Origin: Phycisphaerales bacterium
GTDB lineage: Bacteria; Planctomycetota; Phycisphaerae; Phycisphaerales; UBA1924
NCBI GenBank assembly: GCA_044222845.1
Contig: JBGAMO010000004.1
Location: 509 to 64,508 of the forward strand
Reading direction: 5' to 3'
Length of the DNA stretch: 64,000 nt
Shown here: piece after piece, positions 43,453 to 53,014 of the stretch
Position numbering within the stretch: position 1 is the stretch's first letter
How the letters are laid out: every line of letters starts with the position of its first letter
The notes under the pieces: generated by a model
Told to the model about the DNA's origin: nothing
The model's input: only the letters and a program-made list of their open reading frames with translations
The model's database searches: none
Made by a program: the position numbers and the translations under genes

Positions 43453-43564
43453 ACAGCACCGCCAGAACGGGGCCCGACGGCCTTTTTTCACGCAAGCCGC
43501 ACGATCGGGCGATGAATATACTTGGTCCTTTCCCCTTCTGCGCCCACCAACGGCAAGGACGCCA

Positions 43565-44476
43565 ATGGCTCGCCAAGCATCGTCATCTCAGTTCTGGCCG
43601 CTCGCCCGGACATACCTCTCGGCGGCGACCATTGTGGTGTTCACCGGGGGCATTGTCGCTGCGCTCGCGCTGGGCGTGCGTCCTCTGGAGACGCGTGCCG
43701 CGGCGGTGATTGATCGCGGCCCCCCCACTATCACGATCGCGTGGCCGGTGGCGCGGCCGGGCGAGGGGACGTGGCTGCCGCTGCCGATCCAGGAACAACT
43801 GACTGTGCTCGCGACTGACGCGGCGGGCAGTTCGGCGGACTGCCTCTCGGCGGAGCAGTTGCGGCGGATCGCGTTGGCGATGGAGCAGTGCGGCTGGTAC
43901 AGCCAGACGCCGCGGGTGTCGCGCCGGGCGAACAACGAGATCGTGGTGGATGGGTCGTGGCGGATCCCGGCGGCGAACGTGGTGTTCAAGGGCGGGCGGT
44001 ACCTGATCTCTTGGGATGGCAAGCCGATGCCCCCGGGGGTTGAATCAACGTGGACGATCCTGGAACCGGCGGTGGGCCCGCCGCGGGACGTCGCGGGCGA
44101 CCGCGACTATTCGCAGGCGTGGGCGGGCGAGGACATGGCGGCGAGCCTTGAACTGCTGGCGAAGGTGTCCGGGGAGGCGTGGTCGTCGCAGGTGCGGGCG
44201 ATCGACGCGTCCAAGTACGCCGACGGCGGCGGGCTGATGCTGGTGACGGACAAGGACACGCGGGTGGTGTGGGGCGGTCGGCCGAGCAAGCCGAGGCTGG
44301 GCGAGGTGACCACGGCGCAGAAGCTCGAGCACATCCGGCAGTTGGTGCAGGACACCAAGCGGATCGACGCGGGGTATCCGCTGATCTACGTGAACCAGGA
44401 GCGGATGCAGTTTGATATCTCGGCGTCGGCGCAGCAGCAGGCGCGGGCGGATGTGGAGCCGGACGAGCCGCGGTGA
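43565..44476 (+). CDS. single-pass membrane protein, FtsQ/DivIB-like (POTRA-like plus beta domain)
   Basis: Internal ATG 43565. TM YLSAATIVVFTGGIVAALALGV. CGWYSQTPRVSRRANNEIVVDGSWRIPAANVVFKGGRYLISWDGKPM resembles the POTRA pattern pWV..a.V.R..P..l.v.v.eR.P.A......yLv..dG. Later, LMLVTDKDTRVVWGG...KLEHIRQLV. The gene follows ddl, as ftsQ does in dcw clusters. Confidence 0.5.
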   Translation: MARQASSSQFWPLARTYLSAATIVVFTGGIVAALALGVRPLETRAAAVIDRGPPTITIAWPVARPGEGTWLPLPIQEQLTVLATDAAGSSADCLSAEQLRRIALAMEQCGWYSQTPRVSRRANNEIVVDGSWRIPAANVVFKGGRYLISWDGKPMPPGVESTWTILEPAVGPPRDVAGDRDYSQAWAGEDMAASLELLAKVSGEAWSSQVRAIDASKYADGGGLMLVTDKDTRVVWGGRPSKPRLGEVTTAQKLEHIRQLVQDTKRIDAGYPLIYVNQERMQFDISASAQQQARADVEPDEPR

Positions 44477-44582
44477 CATCGGCGGGGCCGGTTCGCCGAG
44501 AAGCGGAGTTCAAGGAGGAAACCGACAGCGCGGCCGGGAAGCGACAAGCGGTGACGCTTGCGCTGGTGGTACCCTACCGCCC

Positions 44583-45473
44583 ATGGACGAAAAGAGGCTG
44601 CCCGCGAACTTGCGTGTGATCAACGCCGGGTTGATCCGGATTGATCCGCGGCTGGACGCGAAGGGGAATCTGGAGGAGGATCAGACGTGCATCCAGTGCG
44701 GGTACATGCTCCGTGGGGTGCCGTTCCTGGGCCCGTGCCCGGAGTGCGGCACGCCGGTGAAGCGGTCGTTCATGGGGGACTTGCTTGAGTACAGCGATCC
44801 GCAGTATGTGGTGGGCCTGCACCGGGGGGTGGTGCTGATCATCGCGGCGGCGGGGGTCATGCTGGTGCAGATGGTTGGGCTGATAGTCGCGGGTCTGTTG
44901 ACGGGGACGAGCGGGACCCCCTCCGGCAACACGGGGGGGAGCATGACGGACGGAATCTCCACCGCGATGTCGATCGTCGGCGTGGTGCTGCACCTGGTCG
45001 GGTACGTGTTCTACAGCCGCCCGGATCCGGGCCAGATGACGGCGAACAAGGGAGAGAAGCCGCGGCGTCGGCTGCGGCAATCGTTGGCGATGCAGGTTGC
45101 TCTGTACATCGGGTCGGAGGTGATGCGGTATACGCCGAGTATCGCGGCGATCCCATGGATGCACGGCGCGGTGGATATCGCATCGCTCACGGCAATGGTG
45201 ATCAACTTCCATGCGTCGATGGTGTACACGCAGTGGATCGCGCGGCGGCTTCCGAACGAGGCGCTGGCATCGCGGGCGAAGCAGTTCCTGTGGCTGGGGC
45301 CGTGCCTGACGCTGTCTCTCGCGTGCATCCTGCTGGTGGGGCCGATCGTGGCGGTGGCGATGTACATCGCGATCTTCAACACGCTGAGGAAGGACCTCAA
45401 GTCGCTGCGGGAGGATCAGGGGACGCTGGGGGCGCAGATCTACGACGACACAAGCAGGCCGTTCGCGGGGTGA
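44583..45473 (+). CDS. ZRN1: N-terminal CxxCGY..CPECG zinc ribbon plus polytopic membrane domain
   Basis: CIQCGYMLRGVPFLGPCPECGTP, then YSDPQYVVGLHRG, several TM segments, and the C-terminal IAIFNTLRKDLKSL...SRPFAG*. Confidence 0.7.
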   Translation: MDEKRLPANLRVINAGLIRIDPRLDAKGNLEEDQTCIQCGYMLRGVPFLGPCPECGTPVKRSFMGDLLEYSDPQYVVGLHRGVVLIIAAAGVMLVQMVGLIVAGLLTGTSGTPSGNTGGSMTDGISTAMSIVGVVLHLVGYVFYSRPDPGQMTANKGEKPRRRLRQSLAMQVALYIGSEVMRYTPSIAAIPWMHGAVDIASLTAMVINFHASMVYTQWIARRLPNEALASRAKQFLWLGPCLTLSLACILLVGPIVAVAMYIAIFNTLRKDLKSLREDQGTLGAQIYDDTSRPFAG

Positions 45474-45495
45474 GTCGGGGGCGGTATAGTGAGGC

Positions 45496-46362
45496 ATGTC
45501 AGAAGTCGGGAAGACCGGCGATGACGCGGGGCGCGGCGGGCCACGGCTTGACGCGGGCGGGGCCATCGTGGACGAAAAAGCGTGCCGCGGGTGCGGGTAT
45601 TGCCTCAAGGGCGTGGCCTTTTCCGGGGTGTGCCCGGAGTGCGGGCTGGCGATCGAGGAATCCAAGCGGAGCATGTTTCTCAGGGACGCGGACGCTTCGT
45701 ACGTGGCGGGCCTGCGGCGCGGGGTGGTGCTGATCATGGCGGCGGGGTGCATCATGCTGGCGTACGTGGTGCAGACGGTGCCGCTGCAGATGTTGCTCGT
45801 CGCGCTGGGCGTGAGCCCGATGCCGCTGATCGTGATTCACGGGGTGTTCACCGGCGCGCTGATGATCGGGCTGCTGCTGCACGTCGCGGGGTATGTGCTG
45901 TACAGCCGCGCGGAACCGGGGAGGCTGATGGAGAACGGCGGGGAGACGGCGCGGCGGATGCTGCGATGGTCGCTGGCGGTGCAGGCGCTGCTGGTGGCCG
46001 CCTCGATGGGCCTGGAGTCGTTGCCGGCGATGGGGCCGGTGGAGTGGTTGGACTACGCGGTGAGGATCGCGTCGTACGCGGCGATGATGATCTGCTTCTA
46101 CGCGTCGATGGTGTACACGCGGTGGGTCGCGGGGCGGGTTCCGGACATCAAGCTTGATGAAAGAGCGCAGCGGTTCATGTGGCTGGGGCCGTGCCTGACG
46201 GTGCTGCTGGCGTGCGTGCTGCTGGCGGGGCCGATCGTGGCGCTGTGCATGTACATCACGATCTTCAACACGCTGAGGAAAGACCTTGGGTTGATAGCGC
46301 AGGAGCAGAGGAAGCGGTTGGACGCGATCTACACTGACACACGCGTGCCGTTCGCGGGGTAG
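45496..46362 (+). CDS. ZRN2: paralog of ZRN1
   Basis: CRGCGYCLKGVAFSGVCPECGLA, DADASYVAGLRRG, and ASMVYTRWVAGRVP...RFMWLGPCLTVLLACVLLAGPIVALCMYITIFNTLRKDL...RVPFAG*. It aligns colinearly with ZRN1. Confidence 0.7.
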   Translation: MSEVGKTGDDAGRGGPRLDAGGAIVDEKACRGCGYCLKGVAFSGVCPECGLAIEESKRSMFLRDADASYVAGLRRGVVLIMAAGCIMLAYVVQTVPLQMLLVALGVSPMPLIVIHGVFTGALMIGLLLHVAGYVLYSRAEPGRLMENGGETARRMLRWSLAVQALLVAASMGLESLPAMGPVEWLDYAVRIASYAAMMICFYASMVYTRWVAGRVPDIKLDERAQRFMWLGPCLTVLLACVLLAGPIVALCMYITIFNTLRKDLGLIAQEQRKRLDAIYTDTRVPFAG

Positions 46363-46391
46363 GTGCGGGGCGTGCGTACGGAGGGGCAAGC

Positions 46392-47357
46392 TTGGTACAG
46401 GCGCAAACGGCACGGATCAGGACGACGGGGAAGTACAACCACGCACGGCCGCGGCTGGACGAAGCGGGCGGCGTGCTGGACGACGTGGCGTGCATCCGCT
46501 GCGGGTACTCGCTGCGGGGCGCGCCGTACAGCGGGGCGTGCCCGGAGTGCAGCCTTTCGACCGTGCGGACGTTCATGGGGAACTACTTCGAGTGCAGCGA
46601 GCCGAGCTATGTGGCGGCGCTGGGCCGCGGGGCCGCGCTCATCGCGTGCTCGTGCGTCGCGCTCATGGTTCTGCCGTCGATCATCATCGTGTTCGGGCTG
46701 GTGATCTCGCCGCTGCTGGAGGAGTACTCGCAGTCTTTCGGCGTTCTGGAGAATGGTCTGACGTACCTGGTCGTCCTGCATCCGGCGTTCATCTGCCTGC
46801 TGGCGGGCTTGTGGCTGTACGGCAGGCCTGATCCTGTGGAACTGAGCGTCGGCGGCGAGGTGCCGCGGCGCGTGATGCGCTGGTCGGCGTGCGCATCGGC
46901 GGTGGCCTGGATGTTCCTGATCGTCATCGGGTTCACGGCCCTGGGGAGGGCCTTTCGGTGGTACTACCCACCTGTGTTCCTCATGAGTTTCGGCGCGGCG
47001 GCCGCGAGCCTTGTGTGCTCCATCCTGTACACGCGATCGTTGGTGCCGCGCATCCCGAACCTTGAGTTGCTTGCGCACGCGGGGCGCCTGCGGTGGGCGA
47101 TGCCGGCGCTGTGTGTGTTCCTGTTCTTCGTGCTTCAGCCGCGGCCGCTGGTGTACACGGTGGTCAGAATCCGCCGGTTTTCCGGGCCGAATCCGGTTTT
47201 TCCATATGCCTGCATCATGATTCTTCCGCTCATCGCGATGGGTTGGTACATCTACACCATCAATGCGCTGCGCAAGGACCTCTGGGTAATCCGCAGGAGT
47301 CAGAGGACGCTGGAGCCGCGGATCGTGGGGGACCCGGATCGGCCGAGGCTGGGGTAG
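46392..47357 (+). CDS. ZRN3: more divergent paralog of ZRN1/2
   Basis: CIRCGYSLRGAPYSGACPECSLS, CSEPSYVAALGRG, TM segments, and IYTINALRKDLWVI...RPRLG*. The start is TTG. Confidence 0.65.
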   Translation: MVQAQTARIRTTGKYNHARPRLDEAGGVLDDVACIRCGYSLRGAPYSGACPECSLSTVRTFMGNYFECSEPSYVAALGRGAALIACSCVALMVLPSIIIVFGLVISPLLEEYSQSFGVLENGLTYLVVLHPAFICLLAGLWLYGRPDPVELSVGGEVPRRVMRWSACASAVAWMFLIVIGFTALGRAFRWYYPPVFLMSFGAAAASLVCSILYTRSLVPRIPNLELLAHAGRLRWAMPALCVFLFFVLQPRPLVYTVVRIRRFSGPNPVFPYACIMILPLIAMGWYIYTINALRKDLWVIRRSQRTLEPRIVGDPDRPRLG

Positions 47358-47795
47358 CGGGCGCGGGCACGCGGGAAAGGAGTTCACACGCGTCGGTGCG
47401 TAGGGAAGATGTCACGGCGACCATTCACGTCGCGTCCCCGGTCGACCGCCGCGGTAATCTTGACGTGGGGCGTTGTGCGGCAGGGTTTCGCGTTCCTTGG
47501 AATCCGATGCGTAATGAGTGGTGTCTTGCGGCCGCGGACTGTTCGCGACGACGGCGAAGGGGTAGACGCCGCGGCACATCGCGTGGAGTTCCGGTTCAAC
47601 CGCGAGCTTGGTTGGATTGAATTGGGTATACCTCACCGCGACGCTCTACTTTGTGGGAGATCGACAGTCTTGGATTTACCAAACAAAATCCGCACTATAT
47701 CGTGATTCGTAAGGGTAGATAAGATTGACATCTACTTGCTTTCGTACACCTGCAGGTTTATTATTTAACTTCTGGTTTTGACTTAAAGCTGCAGC

Positions 47796-48860
47796 TTGAT
47801 GACGACGTTTCGCCCTCAACCTCGGATTCTCGACGCCATCCACCCCAGCGGCCACGCTGTTGCGGAGGTGAAGTTCTCCGTTGATGCCATACGAACCGTG
47901 TGGGCGGCGCTGCTGGACCTGGCCTTTGCGCTGGGTCAGTACCCCGAAGCCCACGGATTCCTGGTCCTCGTCGATCCGACTGTTACTCTCCACCGTCTCC
48001 GCGAGGACTGGCGGAGCATTCACTCCGTCATCCGGAGCGACATGCTCGCACGGATCACGATCTGCGTGGTCACCGAAGGAGAGTCGTTCGAGTGTTTCCC
48101 GCAGGATCCCTCTGCCGAGTGGCGGACGTGGTTGGCCGAGGTTGTTCGAGGCGAACGGGCGGCGATGGCCCGGCATCGGGGGCGGCCAGACTTCGCCTTC
48201 GTGCTCCAGAAGCTCCTGCTGTATCAGTCGTTGGTGCTGCGGAAGCCGGTCACAGTCTCATGGCTCTCTCAGACTGCCGGATGCTCGTACCCCACGGTTG
48301 CCAAGGCGCTTGACGGGCTTGGGAGCCTTGTTGAGCGGACGTCGGATCGCCATGTGTGCTTGCGTTTCCTTCCGGACCAGGACCTGACGTCGCTGCTGGG
48401 CCGCGCCGAGAAGGCGCGTTCAACGGTGCGGTATGCGGACCGCTCGGGGCAACCCCGTTCTCCCGAAATGCATCTGAGTCGCCTTGAGAAACTCGGGGTC
48501 CAGGGTCTTGGCGTCGGAGGAGCGTTCGCCGCGCGGCACTACCTGCCAACGCTGGACCTGATCGGGTCGCCGCGATTGGATCTCTCGGTCCATGACCTGA
48601 GTGAAGCGGCCGACGCGAGGTTCATCAACCAACTGGACCCTGCTCTGGAGCCTGAGTACGACCGCAGGAAGCCGGCGAACGTCGTGGTGCATTTCATACG
48701 GCACGCGGATCCCCTGTTGGCGCCGAGAGAGCAGGGGCTGTTGTGGGTAGACCCGATCGAGTGCCTGTTCGACCTTCACGAGGCGCACCTGGAAGCCCAG
48801 GCAACTGAGTTCATGAACGCTTTGCGGGGGGGATTGATCGTCAGTGGCAAACAACCTTAA
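47796..48860 (+). CDS. hypothetical protein with central winged-helix-like segment (candidate antitoxin/regulator)
   Basis: 354-aa ORF with lower [33 protein letters not shown] is HTH-like. An AT-rich region (47640-47795) lies upstream. The 3' end overlaps the next gene by 17 nt. Confidence 0.55.
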   Translation: MMTTFRPQPRILDAIHPSGHAVAEVKFSVDAIRTVWAALLDLAFALGQYPEAHGFLVLVDPTVTLHRLREDWRSIHSVIRSDMLARITICVVTEGESFECFPQDPSAEWRTWLAEVVRGERAAMARHRGRPDFAFVLQKLLLYQSLVLRKPVTVSWLSQTAGCSYPTVAKALDGLGSLVERTSDRHVCLRFLPDQDLTSLLGRAEKARSTVRYADRSGQPRSPEMHLSRLEKLGVQGLGVGGAFAARHYLPTLDLIGSPRLDLSVHDLSEAADARFINQLDPALEPEYDRRKPANVVVHFIRHADPLLAPREQGLLWVDPIECLFDLHEAHLEAQATEFMNALRGGLIVSGKQP

Positions 48861-49743
48861 AGACATCTCGCCCGAAGCGGTCCTCAAGGCGGTCGCGCTC
48901 GCGATTCCGAGCGACCTGCATCCGCAAGTCATCATCATCGGCAGTCTCGCCGCGGCGTACTGGTACGCGAGAAAGTACCCTTCGTTCAGCGTTCGCACGA
49001 AAGATGTCGACACGGTGCTCACGCCGCGCAGCCAGGCGAAGGGAACAAGCCAGGCGGTAGCGGAAAGGCTGCTCAAGGACGGTTGGAGGCCCAAGCGAGA
49101 CGGAAAGTTCGGCCATCCCGGGAATGTGGACACGCCCGACGACGGCCTGCCCGCGTTGCGGCTGTTTCCCCCGAACAACGACGACTGGTTCCTTGAGCTT
49201 CTCACCGAACCCGAATCCGAATCGCAGACCGAGCGTCGGTTCATGCGGTTCACGCTCGGGACGGAGGAACACTACGGCCTGCCGAGCTTTCGGTTCACGA
49301 GCATCGCGACGTTCGAGGCCGCGCAGACGGAGTTTGGCGTGCGGATCGCGAGACCCGAGATGATGGCCCTGGCCAATCTGCTGGAGCATCCCGAGATCGG
49401 TCCCCAGCTCATCGAAGGCACCAGTACGAAGCGGAGCAACAAGGACCTCGGTCGTGTCCTCGCCCTCGCGTGGCTCAGCAATGGCGAGTACGAACACTGG
49501 GGGGTTGAGTGGATCAAGGCGCTGCAAAGGATGTTCCCGACGAAGCGGGAAGAGCTCGCGGCCCGGGTGGGGCAGGGGCTTCAGGCGCTCATCGACAGCC
49601 CGCGGGACTTGGAGCAGGCGGTTCAAACCTGCAACAACGGGCTGCTGGCGAACAAGAACGTCACCGGCAAGGAGCTCGAGCTGACCGCGAAACGCTTGCT
49701 CTCGTTCACCGTCGCGGCACTACGGAGTCACTTTGTCGGCTGA
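48844..49743 (+). CDS. nucleotidyltransferase-fold protein (AbiEii/minimal-NTase-like)
   Basis: GTG start. [30 protein letters not shown] fits the G-S-x(n)-D-x-D polymerase-beta-type NTase motif. The C-terminal part is helical. Confidence 0.6.
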   Translation: MANNLKDISPEAVLKAVALAIPSDLHPQVIIIGSLAAAYWYARKYPSFSVRTKDVDTVLTPRSQAKGTSQAVAERLLKDGWRPKRDGKFGHPGNVDTPDDGLPALRLFPPNNDDWFLELLTEPESESQTERRFMRFTLGTEEHYGLPSFRFTSIATFEAAQTEFGVRIARPEMMALANLLEHPEIGPQLIEGTSTKRSNKDLGRVLALAWLSNGEYEHWGVEWIKALQRMFPTKREELAARVGQGLQALIDSPRDLEQAVQTCNNGLLANKNVTGKELELTAKRLLSFTVAALRSHFVG

Positions 49744-49962
49744 TGCCGTGAGGCATTTTCATCTGCCCACGGGCATGAAGGAAGGTCTTCTTCGCGGACG
49801 CGATGGTCCGCGGCACGAATGGGCGTTTATGCACGCTTCGAGCGTCGGCGCGTTGCGGTTGCCGTGCGAGGCGCTCGGAGATCACCCCGAGTACAGGGCT
49901 TGGTTACGGGGGCCTTCGTGTGACCTGGTGCGCTGTCGCTGCTCGGGCGTGCCGACGGCCTT

Positions 49963-51093
49963 TCACGTGCCTCCGAAGACCATGCCCGGCGATACCTTGA
50001 TCACCTTGCGGATGCTCAGAACGCTGCCCAGGCCGATGGTGAGGAGGGTGGCGAAAAAGGAGCCCACGAGCAGTTGCCAGGGGAAGTAGGCGGAGAGTTC
50101 GCTCTGGACCTTGCGGGTGAGGATGGTGAACGCGCCGGCGGCTCCGGCGCCGATGCCGTAGCCGATGCAGCCGACGACGAGGGCCTGGAGCAGGACCATT
50201 CCCACCAGGGCCCAGTTCTTGGCGCCCAGCGCCTTGAGCACGGCGAAGTGGCGGATGTTCTCGATGGTGAACTGGTAGAAGATCGAGGCGCTCAGGAGCA
50301 GGCCGACGACGAAGCCCAGGGCGATGGTGATGCCGAAGTTGATGCCGATGCCGGTGGCCACGACGATGAAGCGGATGCTGCGCTGGCGGAACTCGTCGGC
50401 GGTGAGGGCGATGACGTCGCCCAGGGCGTTGATGCCGGCGCGGGTGGCCTCCAGGTCGGCCCCGTCGCGCATCTTGACGAGGATGAAGGAGATGCGCTCG
50501 CGACCGGTGGGGGTGAAGCGGACGGCGTTATCGAAGGTGGTGTACAGGATGGTGTTGGACTCAAAGCCGCGCTTGGCGCGGCAGAGCCCCACCACCACCG
50601 CGCGCTTGTCGTTGATCTTGAGGATGTCGCCCACGTGCGCGTCCATCAGCCTGGCGGAGAGCTCCTCGACGATGATCGCGTCGGGCATCCAGAGGTCTTC
50701 GAGGCGGCCTTCCACCATCTCGGGCGGGCGGCCCACCAGCGTGTTGCGGGGGATGCCCAGGATCTGGCAGCGCTTGAAGGTGTTGTCCTTGAGCTCGGCG
50801 ACGGCCCAGGCGTTGAAGAAGGGCTCGGCCCAGGCCACGCCGGGCACGCTGCGCACGCGGGACAGTTTCTCGTCCGAGAGCGACCGGTACTCGGCGACCC
50901 ACTGCGTGCCGGGGTCGGTGACCCACAAATCCGGCTGGCTGATGTTCTGCAGCGGGCCGGTGGACTGGAAGAGCAGTCCCAGGAAGATCGCGCCCTGCTG
51001 GTTCATGAGCAGCGCGGCGAAGGCCAGCCCGAGCACGAGGGTGACGTACTTGGTGCGGTCGCCGAAGAGCATGCGCAGGGCGACGTGCATCAT
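49963..51093 (-). CDS. ABC transporter permease, FtsX/MacB (DevC-like) family
   Basis: Internal ATG 51093 gives MMHVALRMLFGDRTKYVTLVLGLAFAALLM. A large periplasmic domain is followed by three C-terminal TM segments, with AVLKALGAKNWALVGMVLLQAL. Confidence 0.85.
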   Translation of the reverse strand: MMHVALRMLFGDRTKYVTLVLGLAFAALLMNQQGAIFLGLLFQSTGPLQNISQPDLWVTDPGTQWVAEYRSLSDEKLSRVRSVPGVAWAEPFFNAWAVAELKDNTFKRCQILGIPRNTLVGRPPEMVEGRLEDLWMPDAIIVEELSARLMDAHVGDILKINDKRAVVVGLCRAKRGFESNTILYTTFDNAVRFTPTGRERISFILVKMRDGADLEATRAGINALGDVIALTADEFRQRSIRFIVVATGIGINFGITIALGFVVGLLLSASIFYQFTIENIRHFAVLKALGAKNWALVGMVLLQALVVGCIGYGIGAGAAGAFTILTRKVQSELSAYFPWQLLVGSFFATLLTIGLGSVLSIRKVIKVSPGMVFGGT

Positions 51094-51842
51094 GGCGTGC
51101 GGCCTTGCGGGGCGGGGTGGCCCCTGAAGGCGTACTTGAAGATGCACCAGAGCGCGGCGGCGCCGTCGCGCCAGGTGATCTTCTTGCCTTCCTCGTAGGT
51201 GCGGCCGGCGTAGCTCACGGCGACCTCGTAGACGCGGGCGCGGCGGAGGGAGTTGCCGTCGGGCAGGCGCATCGCGGCGACCTTGGCGACCAGCTCGATC
51301 TCGACGCCGAAGCGGTCCTCCTCGATGGCGATTCTCTCCAGCACGGGGCGGGTGAAGGCCTTGGAGCAGCACTCAACATCGGTGAGGTTGAGGTTGGTGG
51401 TCATGTTGCAGACCTCGGTGATGAAGCGGTTGGCCACGCTGTGCCAGTAGTACAGCACGCGGTGCGTGAGGCCGATGAAGCGCGAGCCGACGACAGCGTC
51501 GGCGCGACCGTCGCGGATGGGGGCGAGCACGTCGTGGTGGTCCATCGGGTCGTACTCGAGGTCGGCGTCATGGATGATGGCGGCGTCGGCCCCGCGGGCG
51601 AGAGCCGCGGCGATGCCGGTGCGGATGGCGGCGCCCTTGCCGAGATTGCGCGGATGATGAACGGCGTGGACGCCGTGCTGGGCGGCGAGAGCGTCCACGA
51701 CCTGCGAGGCTCCGTCGGTGGAGCCGTCGTCAACGAGGATGACGTCGCGGCCCTGTTCGGGGTGTGCGGCGAGGACGCGCTCGACGCTGAGCCGCACCCA
51801 GCGGGCTTCGTTGTACACCGGGATGATCACGGCGATGCGCAC
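51090..51842 (-). CDS. family-2 glycosyltransferase (polyprenol-phosphate sugar transferase-like)
   Basis: MRIAVIIPVYNEARWV, VDDGSTDG and IIHDADLEYDP. The stop overlaps the downstream permease start (ATGA). Confidence 0.85.
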   Translation of the reverse strand: MRIAVIIPVYNEARWVRLSVERVLAAHPEQGRDVILVDDGSTDGASQVVDALAAQHGVHAVHHPRNLGKGAAIRTGIAAALARGADAAIIHDADLEYDPMDHHDVLAPIRDGRADAVVGSRFIGLTHRVLYYWHSVANRFITEVCNMTTNLNLTDVECCSKAFTRPVLERIAIEEDRFGVEIELVAKVAAMRLPDGNSLRRARVYEVAVSYAGRTYEEGKKITWRDGAAALWCIFKYAFRGHPAPQGRTP

Positions 51843-51847
51843 GGGTA

Positions 51848-53014
51848 TTAGGGTACGGAAACCGCCCCGCCCAGGGCGCGAGCGATGATCTCGCGCTGGG
51901 GGTTGGACATGCCGAGCCCCGCGGCCTGGGCGGGCGTGACCCAGCGGCGGGACGCGGCAGCAGTGGCGGCGGCGCTGGGGGCACCGATGGGGGCTTTGAT
52001 CAACTGCTTGGCGCGGGCGGGGTCGACGGGGCCGCCGAGCGACCAGACGGTGAACTGCACCTGGCGGTGGGTGAGGGTCTTTTTCATCCGCAGGGCGACC
52101 TTCGGCGCGTGGCCGCAGGCGGATTCACACGAACCGTCGGTGAACCAGTTGCGGGCGGGCCGCCTCGCCGCAAAGGATTCGATCACCGGGCATTGCCAGA
52201 GGCCGGCCCACAGGCCTTGATCCGGGCGGCGCTCCACGAGGATGCGGCCGGAGCGGTCGCGGGCGAAGAGCACGTCCTGCCAGAGCCGCGTGGATCTGGA
52301 TTTGGATTTTGGGGGCGGGATCTGCTCCTGCAGGCCCAGTGCAAAGGCGCGGCACGAGGAGCGCAGCGGGCAGATCGCGCACGACGGCGACACGGGCGTG
52401 CAGACGGTGGCGCCCAGCTCCATGATGCCCTCGTTGCAGAGGGCGACGTTGTCCGCGGCGGCGCGGGCGAGTTCGGCGGCCTGTTCCCAGACCCACGCGG
52501 CTGTCTGGGGCGAATCCTGCGGGCCGTCTTTGGCGTGCAGGCGCATGAGCACGCGGGTGACGTTGCCGTCGACGATTGGTTCGGGCTCGCCAAAGACGAT
52601 GGACGCGATGGCGCCGGCGCAGTAACGGCCGATGCCGGGGAGGGACTTGAGGCTCTTGACGTCGCGGGGGATGTTGCCGCCAAAGCGGGCGACGATGTGC
52701 TTGGCCGCGGCGTGCAGGTGGTGGGCGCGGCGGTAGTACCCCATGCCGGACCAGAGGGCCAGGACATCGCCGATGTCGGCGGCGGCGAGGGCCTGCACGG
52801 TGGGGAAGCGGGCGATGAAGAGCGGGAACTTCTCGGCGACCCTTGAGACCTGGGTCTGCTGGAGCATGATCTCGCTGACGAGGCTGCGGTAGGGATAGCG
52901 GCGGCCGGTGGCGGGATCAACCTCGCGCCACGGGAGAGGGCGGGCCACCTTCTTGAACCACGCGGCGAGAGGGGCGGCCGCGGCTGCGCTGGGACCCCGC
53001 GCTTCACGGGGCAT
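51848..53014 (-). CDS. mutY: A/G-specific adenine DNA glycosylase
   Basis: LPWR....PY..LVSEIMLQQTQV, LWSGMGYYRRA, LPGIGRYCAGAI and the 4Fe-4S Cys cluster CTPVSPSCAICPLRSSC. Only the last 388 codons of track ORF 51848-53944 are credible. Confidence 0.85.
   Translation of the reverse strand: MPREARGPSAAAAAPLAAWFKKVARPLPWREVDPATGRRYPYRSLVSEIMLQQTQVSRVAEKFPLFIARFPTVQALAAADIGDVLALWSGMGYYRRAHHLHAAAKHIVARFGGNIPRDVKSLKSLPGIGRYCAGAIASIVFGEPEPIVDGNVTRVLMRLHAKDGPQDSPQTAAWVWEQAAELARAAADNVALCNEGIMELGATVCTPVSPSCAICPLRSSCRAFALGLQEQIPPPKSKSRSTRLWQDVLFARDRSGRILVERRPDQGLWAGLWQCPVIESFAARRPARNWFTDGSCESACGHAPKVALRMKKTLTHRQVQFTVWSLGGPVDPARAKQLIKAPIGAPSAAATAAASRRWVTPAQAAGLGMSNPQREIIARALGGAVSVP

Noticed and set aside
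43471-43488. ggcc-cgac-ggcc followed by tttttt after the Kelch/dockerin gene, as a possible terminator.
   Set aside because: The stem is only 4-5 bp, which is too weak to call confidently even though the T-tract is good. I left it out of the feature list.
47409-47705. 98-aa plus-strand ORF between ZRN3 and the wHTH/NTase pair.
   Set aside because: It has no recognisable motif and a mixed composition. It crosses a sharp GC-to-AT transition, so it is more likely junction debris at the edge of the inserted patch than a gene.
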